Assembly (NCBI GenBank): GCA_964523905.1
Contig: CAZFYQ010000001.1
Location: 40,718-104,717, forward strand
Direction: 5' to 3'
From: an uncultured Gammaproteobacteria bacterium
Lineage (GTDB): Bacteria; Patescibacteriota; Microgenomatia; Daviesbacterales; UBA10151
Length of the DNA: 64,000 bases
The notes below the pieces were generated by a model. That model ran no database searches, was not told the DNA's origin, and was given only the letters and a program-made list of their open reading frames with translations. Shown piece after piece: positions 1 through 10,308 of this stretch; positions within the stretch are counted from its first letter, which is position 1, and every line of letters begins with the position of its first letter. The position numbers and the translations under genes were made by a program.

Positions 1-313
1 ATTGCGGCTTTTTCTAATTGTCCCGATGATGCTATTGTTCCAGTAGCTACGACGGCAGCGCTGCCCTGTAAGAATCGTCTACGATTGAATCTTGATTGCT
101 TGTATGGTTTCAAAGAATCGGTTTGATTTGTTGAATCAGGCTCTTGGATATTTGTTGTAGGAGTTTCTCTACGGAATTTTGCCTTGATATTATTTAAAAA
201 TCCCCAACGGTCTGGTTTAGAAGTTGGATTATTTGTTGAAGTAACTTCTGGCCTAGGAGCATCAACTTGTATTGAATCAGCCACTTAAATATTATATCAT
301 TTTTACTCAGATC

Positions 314-1060
314 TTAAACCTGGATTTTGGAGAAGAGATAGCTGCCGATGGAAAGGGTAAGAACTGTTAATGCTCCCAAGATTGTTATGTCGGTTAGCAT
401 TCCAAAATGCGTAGTACCTATCAAGACCTCTCTTAAAGCATCAACCCCGTAAGATAGTGGGTCGGCTTCAGAAATAATTTTTAATATCCCCGGAGCTGAG
501 TTTAAAGGAAATAAAGAGCCGGATAAGAAAAAGAGTGGCATTACCAAAAAATTCATAATCAGTTGAAAGCCCTGAAAATCTTCTAAAGTAGAAGCAATAG
601 CGGTGCCAAGAGCGGTAAATAGAAGTGCCAGCAAAAACATGATCAGTAATGCTGGGATTAAGGCAATCCAACTATATGGCCGAAATCCGACCAGTAATGT
701 CAAGACAAAAACAATCACTCCCTGAAGCGTGGCAATAGTGGCGCCTCCCAAAGTTCTACCCAGCATAATTTCAAATCTACTAACAGGAGCTACCAAAGTT
801 TCTTTCAAAAAGCCAAATTGCCTATCCCAAATAAGTTCAATGCCGGAAAAAATGGCTGTAAACAAAATGCCTTGAGCAATTACCCCCGGCGCCAGAAAGT
901 CAATGTAATTTCCGCCACCGGCTTTTTGAAAAATCGGTCCAAAACCGAACCCTAAGGCTACTAAAAACAAAGCTGGTTGACCCAAAGAGCCAACAATTCT
1001 TGACCTGGATCTAATGTATCTTTTAAGTTGTCTAAGCCATAAAATATATACTGTACTCAT
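314..1060 (-). CDS. ABC-2 type transporter permease
   Basis: 248 aa with six predicted TM helices in the ABC-2 permease pattern; overlaps the upstream ATPase gene by 4 bp (ATGA). Confidence 0.75.
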   Translation of the reverse strand: MSTVYILWLRQLKRYIRSRSRIVGSLGQPALFLVALGFGFGPIFQKAGGGNYIDFLAPGVIAQGILFTAIFSGIELIWDRQFGFLKETLVAPVSRFEIMLGRTLGGATIATLQGVIVFVLTLLVGFRPYSWIALIPALLIMFLLALLFTALGTAIASTLEDFQGFQLIMNFLVMPLFFLSGSLFPLNSAPGILKIISEADPLSYGVDALREVLIGTTHFGMLTDITILGALTVLTLSIGSYLFSKIQV

Positions 1061-1860
1061 CTTCTCCCTCCTCTAAACATTTTTGCATGTCTTCTCAGAT
1101 TGTCAGCTCCGCTGGCTTCTTCTTCACGAATTTGGCGGCCGGTTAAGTTTAAGAAAGCATCTTCAAGTGATGTGGTTTTTGTTTTGGTTTTTAATTCCTT
1201 GGGAGTACCCTGGGCAATAATTTTGCCATGATCAATTACTGCTACTTGCTCGGCTACCCGGTCTGCCTCTTCCATATAATGGGTGGTGAAAAAAACCGTA
1301 ATATCCTCTTTTTTATTTAAATCCAAAATATAATTCCAGATCTGGTTTCTAGTTTGTGGATCCAGCCCAATGGTTGGTTCATCCAGGAAAAAGATTTTCG
1401 GATGATGCAAAAGACCCCTGGCAATCTCCAGTCTTCTTTGCATACCACCGGAAAAAGTTTTGACTAAAGAATCTTTACGGTCCCACAGCTCCACGATTCT
1501 CAGTAGTTCCTCTATACGGTTTTTTCTGGTGGGTTGGGGGACTTTATAAAGTACGCCGTGGAATTCCATATTTTCGTAAGCAGTTAATTCAGCATCAAGG
1601 GAGGGATCCTGAAACACAATGCCAAAGGATTTTCTGGTTTGGTCTTGCTGGGTCACCGGATCAAAACCAAACACTTTAATTTCACCAGAAGTTGGATGAA
1701 GCAGGGTAGTTAACATTTTAATGGTGGTAGATTTGCCAGCACCATTAGGTCCCAGAAAAGCAAAGATCTGACCTTTTTGTACCTCAAAGCTAATATCATC
1801 AACAGCGACAAAGTCATTGAATTTTTTAACCAGGTTTTTAACACGTAGCGCTAAATCCAT
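1057..1860 (-). CDS. ABC transporter ATP-binding protein (DrrA-like)
   Basis: Walker A GPNGAGKST, signature LSGGMQRRL, Walker B FLDEPT. Confidence 0.85.
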   Translation of the reverse strand: MDLALRVKNLVKKFNDFVAVDDISFEVQKGQIFAFLGPNGAGKSTTIKMLTTLLHPTSGEIKVFGFDPVTQQDQTRKSFGIVFQDPSLDAELTAYENMEFHGVLYKVPQPTRKNRIEELLRIVELWDRKDSLVKTFSGGMQRRLEIARGLLHHPKIFFLDEPTIGLDPQTRNQIWNYILDLNKKEDITVFFTTHYMEEADRVAEQVAVIDHGKIIAQGTPKELKTKTKTTSLEDAFLNLTGRQIREEEASGADNLRRHAKMFRGGRR

Positions 1861-1933
1861 TAAATTATTTTAGCAGGTTTTTAAAGAAAAATCCGTTCAG
1901 CTTCTTCTCAGATATCTACTATAAAGTACACTG

Positions 1934-3181
1934 ATGATGTGGCTGTTAAAAAATAAATTTAGGCTGGTGATTATTATCATTATCTTGGGTTTAGTAGGTT
2001 TTCTAGGATATAAAAACTATAATAGTGCTACTTCCAAGCCTCAATATCAAACCGAGCAAGCTCAAAAAGGCAGTTTAATCCAATCGGTTTCTGCCTCTGG
2101 TAATATTACGACAGCTAATAATGTTTCTGTTACCATCCAGGCCTCGGGCGCAGTTAATCAAGTATTTGTTAAAAATGGTGATCCAGTAACCCAAGGGCAG
2201 ACTTTAGCGACTTTAACTTTAGACCAGGCGTCCCAGCAAAAACAAGCAGCTGCCTATGCTTCTTACTTATCAGCTAAAAATGCCTTAGATAATGCTAATG
2301 CCAAATATAATTCTTTGCAAAATACTTTATTCGTGGCCAATCAGAAATTAATTAATGATGCAGTGGCCCGTGGTTTAACTACCACTGACCCAACTTATAT
2401 AGAAGAAAATGCTACCTGGTTGCAGTCAGAAGCAGATTATAAAAATCAGGCAACCGCAGTTTCTGCTGCGCAATCTTCTTTGGCAGCGGCCTCCTTAAAT
2501 CTTTCCCAGCTATCAACTACTATTACTGCTCCGGTTTCCGGAATTGTAAAAGGATTAACTATTACACCTGGTGCGATTGTGACTGTCACATCCTCATCTA
2601 ATAATTCTACCTCCACCTCCCAGGTTTTAGGATCGATTTATCAGCAAGGACCGCTGCAAGCTCAGGTTAATATTTCGGAAATTGATTCGGTTAATGTGGC
2701 CGAAGGAGATAAAGTTACCATGACCTTGGATGCTTTTCCAAATAGCACCTTCACTGGAAAAGTGGCCAGTATTAATACTAATGGAGTGGTTTCATCAGGA
2801 GTTACCACTTATCCGGCAGTAATTACTTTTGATGCCGGTAATGATCATATTTATCCGAATATGGCAGTTAGTGCCAAGATTATTACTAAAATTAAAAACG
2901 ACGTAGTTTTGGTGCCATCCGCAGCAGTGCAATCAGGTGCTAATGGTTCAACTGTTAGGGTAATGAAAAATGGCAAGGTTACCAGTGTGCCGGTGACTGT
3001 TGGGGACGCCAATGATACTCAAACTGAAATTACCTCAGGTATTAATGAGGGTGATGTGGTGGTAACTGGTGTTACTCAAACTAGAGCTACATCTTCGCAA
3101 ACTACTTCTCCATTCGGAGCAACCAGAGGTTTTGGTGGATTTGGCGGAGGCGGCGGTGGAGGTCGAGGTGGAGGAGGTTAA
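1934..3181 (+). CDS. HlyD/MacA-family periplasmic adaptor (membrane fusion protein) with Gly-rich C-terminal tail
   Basis: N-terminal TM anchor, long coiled-coil Q/A-rich segment, beta-barrel/lipoyl-like segments typical of MFPs; C-terminus GFGGFGGGGGGGRGGGG. Confidence 0.75.
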   Translation: MMWLLKNKFRLVIIIIILGLVGFLGYKNYNSATSKPQYQTEQAQKGSLIQSVSASGNITTANNVSVTIQASGAVNQVFVKNGDPVTQGQTLATLTLDQASQQKQAAAYASYLSAKNALDNANAKYNSLQNTLFVANQKLINDAVARGLTTTDPTYIEENATWLQSEADYKNQATAVSAAQSSLAAASLNLSQLSTTITAPVSGIVKGLTITPGAIVTVTSSSNNSTSTSQVLGSIYQQGPLQAQVNISEIDSVNVAEGDKVTMTLDAFPNSTFTGKVASINTNGVVSSGVTTYPAVITFDAGNDHIYPNMAVSAKIITKIKNDVVLVPSAAVQSGANGSTVRVMKNGKVTSVPVTVGDANDTQTEITSGINEGDVVVTGVTQTRATSSQTTSPFGATRGFGGFGGGGGGGRGGGG

Positions 3182-3856
3182 GTGAATATTATCCATGTTT
3201 CACACTTATCAAAAATTTATAACACCGGCTCTGTTGAAACAAAAGCCTTAGATAATGTGTCTTTTGATATTAAAAAAGGTGATTTTGTGGCGATTATGGG
3301 TCCTTCCGGATCTGGTAAATCGACCTTAATGCATCTTTTGGGAGCACTTGATACTCCCACCAAAGGGGAATATTTATTAGACGGAGAAGAGGTATCTAAA
3401 TTATCCGATGATCAACTGGCTGATATTAGAAACCGCAAAATTGGTTTTGTATTCCAGGCCTTTAATTTGTTACCGCGGTGCAGCGCTTTGCAAAATGTGA
3501 TGTTGCCAATGGCTTATGCCGGAGTGCCCAAGCTGGAAAGGCAGCAGCAGGCCAAAAAATATCTCACTATGGTGGGACTGGGTGATCGGATGGATCACAC
3601 GTCAAATCAGCTTTCTGGAGGTCAAATGCAAAGAGTGGCCATTGCCCGGGCTTTGGTGATGAACCCGGCGATGATTTTGGCAGATGAACCAACTGGTAAT
3701 ATTGCCTCTATTCAGGCAGAAGAAGTGATGGAGATTTTTCAAAAACTTAATGAAGAAGGACACACTATTGTGATGATTACTCATGAGCCGGATATTGCCG
3801 AACATGCCAAAAGAATTATTCATATTAAGGATGGGAGAATATATGGAATACGCTGA
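3182..3856 (+). CDS. MacB/LolD-type ABC transporter ATP-binding protein
   Basis: GTG start directly after the adaptor stop; Walker A GPSGSGKST, Q-loop, LSGGQMQRVAIARAL, Walker B ILADEPTGN. Confidence 0.85.
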   Translation: MNIIHVSHLSKIYNTGSVETKALDNVSFDIKKGDFVAIMGPSGSGKSTLMHLLGALDTPTKGEYLLDGEEVSKLSDDQLADIRNRKIGFVFQAFNLLPRCSALQNVMLPMAYAGVPKLERQQQAKKYLTMVGLGDRMDHTSNQLSGGQMQRVAIARALVMNPAMILADEPTGNIASIQAEEVMEIFQKLNEEGHTIVMITHEPDIAEHAKRIIHIKDGRIYGIR

Positions 3857-5063
3857 AGTGATTGCAGAAGCTTTTGATAATATGTTTATTAACAAGCTGC
3901 GTACCGGCTTGGCTGCTTTAGGCATTGTTATTGGAATCGGATCAGTGATAGCTTTGATCTCTTTAGGTCAGGCGACGCAGCAATCAGTACAGGATCGGAT
4001 CCAGGCTTTAGGGGCTAATTTATTAACAGTTAATCCGGGGGCACAAAGAACAGGGGCTGTTAGGGGAGCCGCCGGGGGGAACACGACTTTAACTTTGGAT
4101 GATGCAAATGCCATTAAAACCTCACCTACTGTCACTACTGTTTCCAATGTTTCTCCTGAATTTTCCAGAAGAACCCAGGTAGTAACCGGGGGAGCAAACA
4201 CCAATACTCAGGTGATTGGAGTTACTCCAGTTTACACTGAGGTACATAAAGTTACTCTGGACTCCGGTGCTTTTATCACTGACCGCGATGTTTTAGGGGT
4301 ATCCAAAGTAGCAGTGGTTGGTCCGCAGGTGGTAACTGATTTATTTAATGGAGTAAGTCCAATTGGACAAAGTCTTCGAATAACTGGACAAACCTTTACT
4401 ATCATTGGGGTAACTCAGTCAAAAGGAGGAACTGGTTTTGGCAATCAGGATGATGTTATTTATGTGCCTCTATCAACCGCTCAAAAACAATTATTCGGAG
4501 TAGATTATTTATCCTCAATTGCGCTGGAAGCTAAAAGCCCGGACGTGATGACTGATGCCCAAAATCAGGTGGGGTATTTACTACTTGGTCGTCACAAACT
4601 ATCTGATCCATCGCAAGCTGATTTTTCGATTTTTTCCCAACAGGATATTTTAAACACTGCCTCAGCTACCACCGGAACTTTTACGTCACTGTTGTCTGGT
4701 ATTGCCGCAATATCACTTCTGGTTGGAGGAATTGGCATTATGAATATCATGTTGGTAACAGTAACCGAGCGAACCAGAGAGATTGGACTTCGTAAAGCCT
4801 TGGGCGCTAAGAAGAAAATTATTATTACCCAGTTTTTAATTGAGGCGGTGATTTTAACTTTTACAGGCGGAATTGTGGGAATGGTGTTAGGGGTACTAAC
4901 CTCGTATATTATTGCTACTTTGACTCAAGCGCCGTTTATTATCTCTATCCAGGCCATTGTATTAGCCATTGGGGTGTCTGCGGGTATTGGAATTTTATTT
5001 GGTTGGTACCCGGCTAAAAGAGCCTCTGATTTACAACCAATTGAAGCACTGAGATATGAATAA
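3831..5063 (+). CDS. ABC transporter permease, FtsX/MacB-like
   Basis: N-terminal TM, large periplasmic domain, four C-terminal TMs typical of the FtsX fold; start likely M at 3831 or 3843, overlapping the ATPase end. Confidence 0.75.
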   Translation: MGEYMEYAEVIAEAFDNMFINKLRTGLAALGIVIGIGSVIALISLGQATQQSVQDRIQALGANLLTVNPGAQRTGAVRGAAGGNTTLTLDDANAIKTSPTVTTVSNVSPEFSRRTQVVTGGANTNTQVIGVTPVYTEVHKVTLDSGAFITDRDVLGVSKVAVVGPQVVTDLFNGVSPIGQSLRITGQTFTIIGVTQSKGGTGFGNQDDVIYVPLSTAQKQLFGVDYLSSIALEAKSPDVMTDAQNQVGYLLLGRHKLSDPSQADFSIFSQQDILNTASATTGTFTSLLSGIAAISLLVGGIGIMNIMLVTVTERTREIGLRKALGAKKKIIITQFLIEAVILTFTGGIVGMVLGVLTSYIIATLTQAPFIISIQAIVLAIGVSAGIGILFGWYPAKRASDLQPIEALRYE

Positions 5064-5510
5064 GTGTTTAGAAAGGGGGTGACTAAATTGAAAAATAATC
5101 CAATTTTAATAACAGTGGTAGTAGCTGTTATTGTAGGAGCAGTGGCATTTTTTGGCGGTATGCAATATCAAAAAATGCAACGAGCTTACTTGGCTGGCGG
5201 AACCGCTGGTAGAGCCGGTCGTTTTGGCCAAGCCGGAGCTAATGGTAATTTTAGACCAGTCAGAGGAGAAATTATTGCCTCTGATGACAAAAGTATTACT
5301 GTTAAATTAATGGACGGCTCCAGCAAAATAGTATTACTGTCGGGTAATGTAGCTATTACTGAAGCAACCAGTGCTGGGAAGACCGCCTTAGTTAATGGAA
5401 AGCAGGTGATGGTGTTTGGAGCAGCTAATCCAGATGGATCAGTTACCGCCCAAAATATCCAGTTAAACCCAACCATGGGTCGGCCAGGAGCTGGACAAGG
5501 AGGAAACTAG
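5064..5510 (+). CDS. hypothetical membrane-anchored protein, Gly-rich
   Basis: GTG start, single N-terminal TM, G/A-rich segments at both ends; no recognisable domain. Confidence 0.45.
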   Translation: MFRKGVTKLKNNPILITVVVAVIVGAVAFFGGMQYQKMQRAYLAGGTAGRAGRFGQAGANGNFRPVRGEIIASDDKSITVKLMDGSSKIVLLSGNVAITEATSAGKTALVNGKQVMVFGAANPDGSVTAQNIQLNPTMGRPGAGQGGN

Positions 5511-6055
5511 GGTTTTTGATATTCTGGTTTAACATCTGCAGAGAATTCTCTCAAAAGTTTTTGAATTTTGGGATCAATTACCACCGGGCAATATGAATTG
5601 GACTCTTTGTTCCGTTCATAATAGTCCTGGTGGTAACCCTCTGCTTTGTAAAATTTAGTAAAAGGTTCTAGTTTAGTGACAATTTGGCTTTTCAGTTTGC
5701 CCAAGGCTTGTAGATCTTTCATAGATTTCTCGGCAACCTGCTTCTGTTTTTCGTCATGATAAAAAATAGCTGAACGATACTGTGTACCAAAATCATTACC
5801 TTGTTGATTTAAAGTTGTTGGGTCATGAGTAGCCCAAAAAACCTCCAGGATTTTATCAAAGGAGATAACTTTGGGGTTAAATTCAATCTGAATCGCTTCG
5901 GCATGGCCACTGCCTCCGGAACTGACTTCTTCATAAGTGGGATTTTCAGTTAGCCCTCCGGTATATCCCGACATCACTGATTCCACCCCTTTAAGTCTTT
6001 TAAAAATCGCCTCAGTACACCAAAAACATCCTCCAGCCAACGTTGCAGTTTCCAT
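5507..6055 (-). CDS. msrA: peptide-methionine (S)-S-oxide reductase MsrA
   Basis: Active-site motif GGCFWCTEA near N-terminus; length 182 aa. Confidence 0.9.
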   Translation of the reverse strand: METATLAGGCFWCTEAIFKRLKGVESVMSGYTGGLTENPTYEEVSSGGSGHAEAIQIEFNPKVISFDKILEVFWATHDPTTLNQQGNDFGTQYRSAIFYHDEKQKQVAEKSMKDLQALGKLKSQIVTKLEPFTKFYKAEGYHQDYYERNKESNSYCPVVIDPKIQKLLREFSADVKPEYQKP

Positions 6056-6102
6056 TCCTTACCAATTTATCATAGAAATAGTTTAAAATAAAGTTATCAC
6101 TG

Positions 6103-7332
6103 ATGGATATAAAAGATGCGGTTTTACAGTTAATGCAGAAAAATAGAAGAATACATCAGGGATTTCAATACACTGTGCCTTCTCCCCAAACTTATCCTTA
6201 TCAGTGGTTATGGGATAGCTGTTTTCATGCCATTATTTTAACTCATTTTAATATTGAAGATGCTAAAAAAGAATTGCTTTCTGCAGTTTCCAAACAATTT
6301 AATAATGGCATGATTCCGCACATGCTTTATTGGGATAAAAATTCTAAAAATGATTTTCCGGTTATTGAATGGGGTAAACCTGACACCAGTACCATTACCC
6401 AGCCGCCCCTAATTGCTTATGCAGCTTGGCGAATTTACCAAATTGATAAAGACAAAAAGTTTTTGGCTCAAATTTATCCTTTTTTAAAAAAATATCATCA
6501 GTTTTTAATTGCAGAAAGAAGACCAAGACGCAGTTACTTGTACGGAATTATTAATCCGGATGAATCAGGAGAAGACAATTCCCCCCGCTTTGACAGGTTG
6601 CTGGGTTTGTCAGCGGTGCAGTCATTGGATGTAAATTTTAGCAAGAGAATGCTCTTGATAGAAAAACAAAAACAGATTGAATTTGAAGGCCCGGAAAGTA
6701 TGAAAGACTTCTTTTGGATCAAAGACGTGCCGTTTAATGTTATCGCAATTAATGGTTTGGAACATTTAAGTCTGATTGCCAGGGAACTTAGTCTTTTGTC
6801 AGAGTCAGAGTATTTTCAAAATCAGGCTAATTTAACTAAAGTATCAATGAGAGAGTTAATGTTTGAAGATGGAATCTTTTGGTCGGTATATGGTGAAGAT
6901 TACCAAAAAATCAAAGTCAAAACCTGGGCCATATTTGTGCCGATGTTTGCCAAATTATATACAGACAAAGAAGTAAAACATTTGGTAGACAGTTTATTGT
7001 TAAACAAAAATAGTTTTTACCCAAAGTATTTAGTCCCCACAGTGGGGAAGGATGAAGCCTCTTATGATCCTGATGGTCCAATTCGGGGAGTGGCAGCGAT
7101 GCTATCAACACATCTGTCCTGGAGAGGACCGGTATGGATGGGGGTAAATTGGTTTGTTTATCAGGGATTAATTAATTACGGATATCATGATTTGGCCAAG
7201 AAAATTTATCAGGACTCTTTAACTTTAATAGATAGATCAGGATTTAGGGAATTATATAATCCGGAAACCGGGGAAGGGATGGGGGCCCAAGATTTTACCT
7301 GGGGAGGGTTAGTCTTAGATATGGTATCTTAA
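6103..7332 (+). CDS. (alpha/alpha)6-barrel glycoside hydrolase (GH63/GH15-like, glucosyl-/mannosylglycerate-hydrolase-type)
   Basis: Motifs YQWLWDSCFHAI and C-terminal ELYNPETGEG..DFTWGG typical of six-hairpin glycosidases. Confidence 0.55.
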   Translation: MDIKDAVLQLMQKNRRIHQGFQYTVPSPQTYPYQWLWDSCFHAIILTHFNIEDAKKELLSAVSKQFNNGMIPHMLYWDKNSKNDFPVIEWGKPDTSTITQPPLIAYAAWRIYQIDKDKKFLAQIYPFLKKYHQFLIAERRPRRSYLYGIINPDESGEDNSPRFDRLLGLSAVQSLDVNFSKRMLLIEKQKQIEFEGPESMKDFFWIKDVPFNVIAINGLEHLSLIARELSLLSESEYFQNQANLTKVSMRELMFEDGIFWSVYGEDYQKIKVKTWAIFVPMFAKLYTDKEVKHLVDSLLLNKNSFYPKYLVPTVGKDEASYDPDGPIRGVAAMLSTHLSWRGPVWMGVNWFVYQGLINYGYHDLAKKIYQDSLTLIDRSGFRELYNPETGEGMGAQDFTWGGLVLDMVS

Positions 7333-7336
7333 ACTT

Positions 7337-8239
7337 ATGGCAGTATCTGCAAAACAAGTAGTGGTGACATCATTTCTGGTAGATTTGTTAGATTTAACCT
7401 CCAGTGTGGTGGTGGCTTTTATTTCCGGCAGTGTGGTAATGGTAGCGCAAACTTTGGAAGGAGCTGCGGATTTAGTTTCTTCCGGGATGTTAATTTTTGG
7501 ATTAAATCGGTCTTTAAGACATCCAGATAAAAATCATCCCTTTGGACATGGCCGAGAATTGTATTTTTGGACTTTAATTTCAGCTTTATTTACTTTTTCA
7601 GTCAGCGCCACCCTATCCTTTTATTTTGGTTGGCAAAGATTTTTAAATCCCAGTCCGGTTAGTAATATTCTCTGGGCAAATTTGGTACTAATCTTAACTG
7701 TCGCTACTAACGGTTATGCTCTTTTTTTAAGTATGCATCGGCTAGCTAGAAAAAAACACCAGCATTTAGCCCAAGTCTTTTTTAATTCTGATCTAATTGA
7801 AACCCGAGCCACTTTTATGTTGGATTTAATGGGTACTTTTGCTTCAATATTGGGTTTAGTAGCTCTACTCATTTATGCTTTCACAGGAGATATGCGCTTT
7901 GATGGAATTGGAGCCATGGCAATTGGGGTGACTTTGTCTTTAATGGCTTTTTTCTTAATTATTGGGGTCAGGGATTTACTGGTAGGGAAAAGTGCTGCCA
8001 AAGAAACTGAGGATAAAATAAAGCAAGCAGCGTTGTCTATAGAAGCAGTTAAAACTGTGACCAGACTTAGGACTAATCATATTGGGCCGGATCAGTTGCT
8101 GGTGGAACTTAGTATTTCAGTGAGAAGGGATTTAATTACCGGACAGATTGAAAAAATTATCAGTGAGGTAAAGCAAAAAATTAAAAGCCGGGTTAAAGAG
8201 GCCGAATTTATTCAAATTGAACTAAGGCAAAGCGATTGA
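7337..8239 (+). CDS. cation diffusion facilitator (CDF) family transporter
   Basis: Six TMs, HP..GHGR motif region, C-terminal cytoplasmic domain; typical CzcD/FieF architecture. Confidence 0.8.
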   Translation: MAVSAKQVVVTSFLVDLLDLTSSVVVAFISGSVVMVAQTLEGAADLVSSGMLIFGLNRSLRHPDKNHPFGHGRELYFWTLISALFTFSVSATLSFYFGWQRFLNPSPVSNILWANLVLILTVATNGYALFLSMHRLARKKHQHLAQVFFNSDLIETRATFMLDLMGTFASILGLVALLIYAFTGDMRFDGIGAMAIGVTLSLMAFFLIIGVRDLLVGKSAAKETEDKIKQAALSIEAVKTVTRLRTNHIGPDQLLVELSISVRRDLITGQIEKIISEVKQKIKSRVKEAEFIQIELRQSD

Positions 8240-8270
8240 CAGAGGCTGGCAAATTTGCTACTTTAAACTC

Positions 8271-8615
8271 ATGGAAAAATCCGTCCAAAAACTTAATTTT
8301 TTTACCAGCGCATTCTTAGGGATAATGGGATTTTCTTTAATCGGGGAATTGTTTATGGAAGATGACTGGATGGATAAGATTGATGATGGGATGTTTCTAA
8401 TTTTAGGAATTGCCGCGATCTTTTGGTATAAATCCAATGCTCTTAAAAAATCTATGGCGCCAATTATTTTAGTATTAATTGGGGTAGCGATAAAAATCTT
8501 TGCTATTTTTGTAGAAATCAAAGATAAAGAAGCAGTCGGTGATGATTTTGGAATTTTGTCAGCGTTGTTAATTACTTTGGTAGTTGTAATTTATCAATAT
8601 AGAAAACTCAAATAA
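8271..8615 (+). CDS. small hypothetical membrane protein
   Basis: 114 aa, four hydrophobic segments. Confidence 0.5.
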   Translation: MEKSVQKLNFFTSAFLGIMGFSLIGELFMEDDWMDKIDDGMFLILGIAAIFWYKSNALKKSMAPIILVLIGVAIKIFAIFVEIKDKEAVGDDFGILSALLITLVVVIYQYRKLK

Positions 8616-8675
8616 TTTTCCTTTCAGCTTTTTCTCAGACAATAATCGTTAGAATTAAACTATTAGTTTTTCCCC

Positions 8676-8957
8676 ATGACAAACTTACACAAATATATTA
8701 AGATGTTGGGTATGGCAAAAAAGTCTAAGGCAATTGAACTTGTTTTACTAAGCCTAATTTTTAGCTCCTTATTTACTGACAACACCAAGGCCTACCTTGA
8801 TCCCGGATCCAGCAGCTATTTGTTACAAATTTTACTGGCTGGATTTTTTAGTGTCTTACTAGCAATTAAAACCTTTTGGAAAAGGATCACTTTGTTAATG
8901 CAACAATTATTTGGATCTAAGGATAAGGCTAATGATGAAAAATCCAAAGCTCAGTAA
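8676..8957 (+). CDS. small hypothetical membrane protein
   Basis: 93 aa, two hydrophobic segments, K-rich tail. Confidence 0.45.
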   Translation: MTNLHKYIKMLGMAKKSKAIELVLLSLIFSSLFTDNTKAYLDPGSSSYLLQILLAGFFSVLLAIKTFWKRITLLMQQLFGSKDKANDEKSKAQ

Positions 8958-10308
8958 TCTTCACCCAGCTTCTTTTCGTGACAGCGACGGCTTTGTTTTT
9001 ACATCCCTTGGTATAATACTTCGTCAAGTTAATAACTCTTATAAAGAAAACTACGATTTATTAATGTCTTCTGGCTTATACAATAAATTGGTTGATAAGG
9101 GTTTATTAATTGCTCATCAAGAAGTCGGTCTAAACTTGGCTATCGATAAAGATGCATACAAAGTTATCCAGCCTCAGCAATTAGATTTTATTTCTTACCC
9201 CTATGAATGGTGTTTTAGTCAGCTCAAAGAAGCGGCTTTACTGACTTTGAAATTGCAGCTAATTGCTTTGGAGCACGGCATGAGTTTAAAAGATGCCTCA
9301 AGTTTTAATATTCAATTTGTGAATGGAAAACCAATCCTAATTGATTCTTTATCATTTGAGAAATTTGACGAAAAGCCTTGGGTGGCTTACCGCCAATTTT
9401 GTCAGCATTTTTTAAACCCCTTAATATTAATGAGTAAAATTGATCCGGGATTAAACAGATTACTATCAATTTATTTGGATGGAATTCCAGCTGAATTGAC
9501 AGCCAAATTATTACCGTTTTGGTATAAGTTAAATCCCAATATTTTTATCCATGTCCAATTACATTCAAAAGTAAAAAGCAAAGCAACTACTGGAAAAAAA
9601 CCAATTGCTTTTAGCAAAAATTCCTTGATTGGATTAATCGGTAGTTTAGAATCTGCGATTACCGGACTCAAACTAAGGCAGATGAAATCTTTTTGGAGTG
9701 GTTATATACCGGCTGACGATTCTTATACTAAAAGCGCTTTTAAAAATAAAGAGAATTTCGTCAAAAACTTTTTTGAACAAACTAGGGCGAATACAGTTTG
9801 GGATCTTGGTTCTAACACTGGTCATTTCAGTCGGTTGGTTGCAGGTAAAGATTCTAATATCGTGTCCTTTGATTTTGATCCTGTTTCTGTTGAGAGAAAT
9901 TATCAACTTTCAAAAAAATATAGTAATATTTTGCCTTTGGTGATGGACCTGACTAATCCTACCCCGGATTTAGGTTGGGCAAATCAGGAGCGTAGTTCAA
10001 TTTTAAAAAGAGGGCCGGTTGATTTAATTATGGCTTTGGCTTTAATTCATCATCTCTGCATTGGGGCTAATGTGCCGTTGGATAAAGTAGCCAAATTATT
10101 TTCCGATCTGACTCAGTATTTAATAATCGAGTTTGTACCAAAAGATGATCCACAGATCAAAGAAATGTTACTATTAAGAAAGGATAAATTTCTTGATTAT
10201 TCCCAGGTAAATTTTGAAAAAATATTTTCCAAATATTTCAAGATAACTAAAGTTAAAGAAATACCTGGAAGTTTGCGAACGTTATATTTAATGAAAACTC
10301 ATGAGTAA
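8932..10308 (+). CDS. class I SAM-dependent methyltransferase with N-terminal domain of unknown function
   Basis: C-terminal half has the Rossmann MTase motif I VWDLGSNTGHFS, an acidic post-strand-2 residue (SFDFD) and VMDLTNP; start likely at the Met pair 8932/8935. Confidence 0.6.
   Translation: MMKNPKLSNLHPASFRDSDGFVFTSLGIILRQVNNSYKENYDLLMSSGLYNKLVDKGLLIAHQEVGLNLAIDKDAYKVIQPQQLDFISYPYEWCFSQLKEAALLTLKLQLIALEHGMSLKDASSFNIQFVNGKPILIDSLSFEKFDEKPWVAYRQFCQHFLNPLILMSKIDPGLNRLLSIYLDGIPAELTAKLLPFWYKLNPNIFIHVQLHSKVKSKATTGKKPIAFSKNSLIGLIGSLESAITGLKLRQMKSFWSGYIPADDSYTKSAFKNKENFVKNFFEQTRANTVWDLGSNTGHFSRLVAGKDSNIVSFDFDPVSVERNYQLSKKYSNILPLVMDLTNPTPDLGWANQERSSILKRGPVDLIMALALIHHLCIGANVPLDKVAKLFSDLTQYLIIEFVPKDDPQIKEMLLLRKDKFLDYSQVNFEKIFSKYFKITKVKEIPGSLRTLYLMKTHE

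Noticed and set aside
468-671. 67-aa minus-strand ORF in an alternative frame
   Set aside because: Entirely nested within the ABC-2 permease gene on the same strand, in a different frame.
3602-3925. 107-aa ORF on the minus strand
   Set aside because: Lies antisense inside the MacB ATPase/permease junction; no RBS; its amino-acid composition is that of a mirror-frame artefact.
8258-8521. 87-aa minus-strand ORF
   Set aside because: Overlaps the plus-strand 8271-8615 ORF, which has a clear multi-TM hydrophobicity pattern; the minus ORF is I/K/N-rich low complexity typical of AT-rich antisense.
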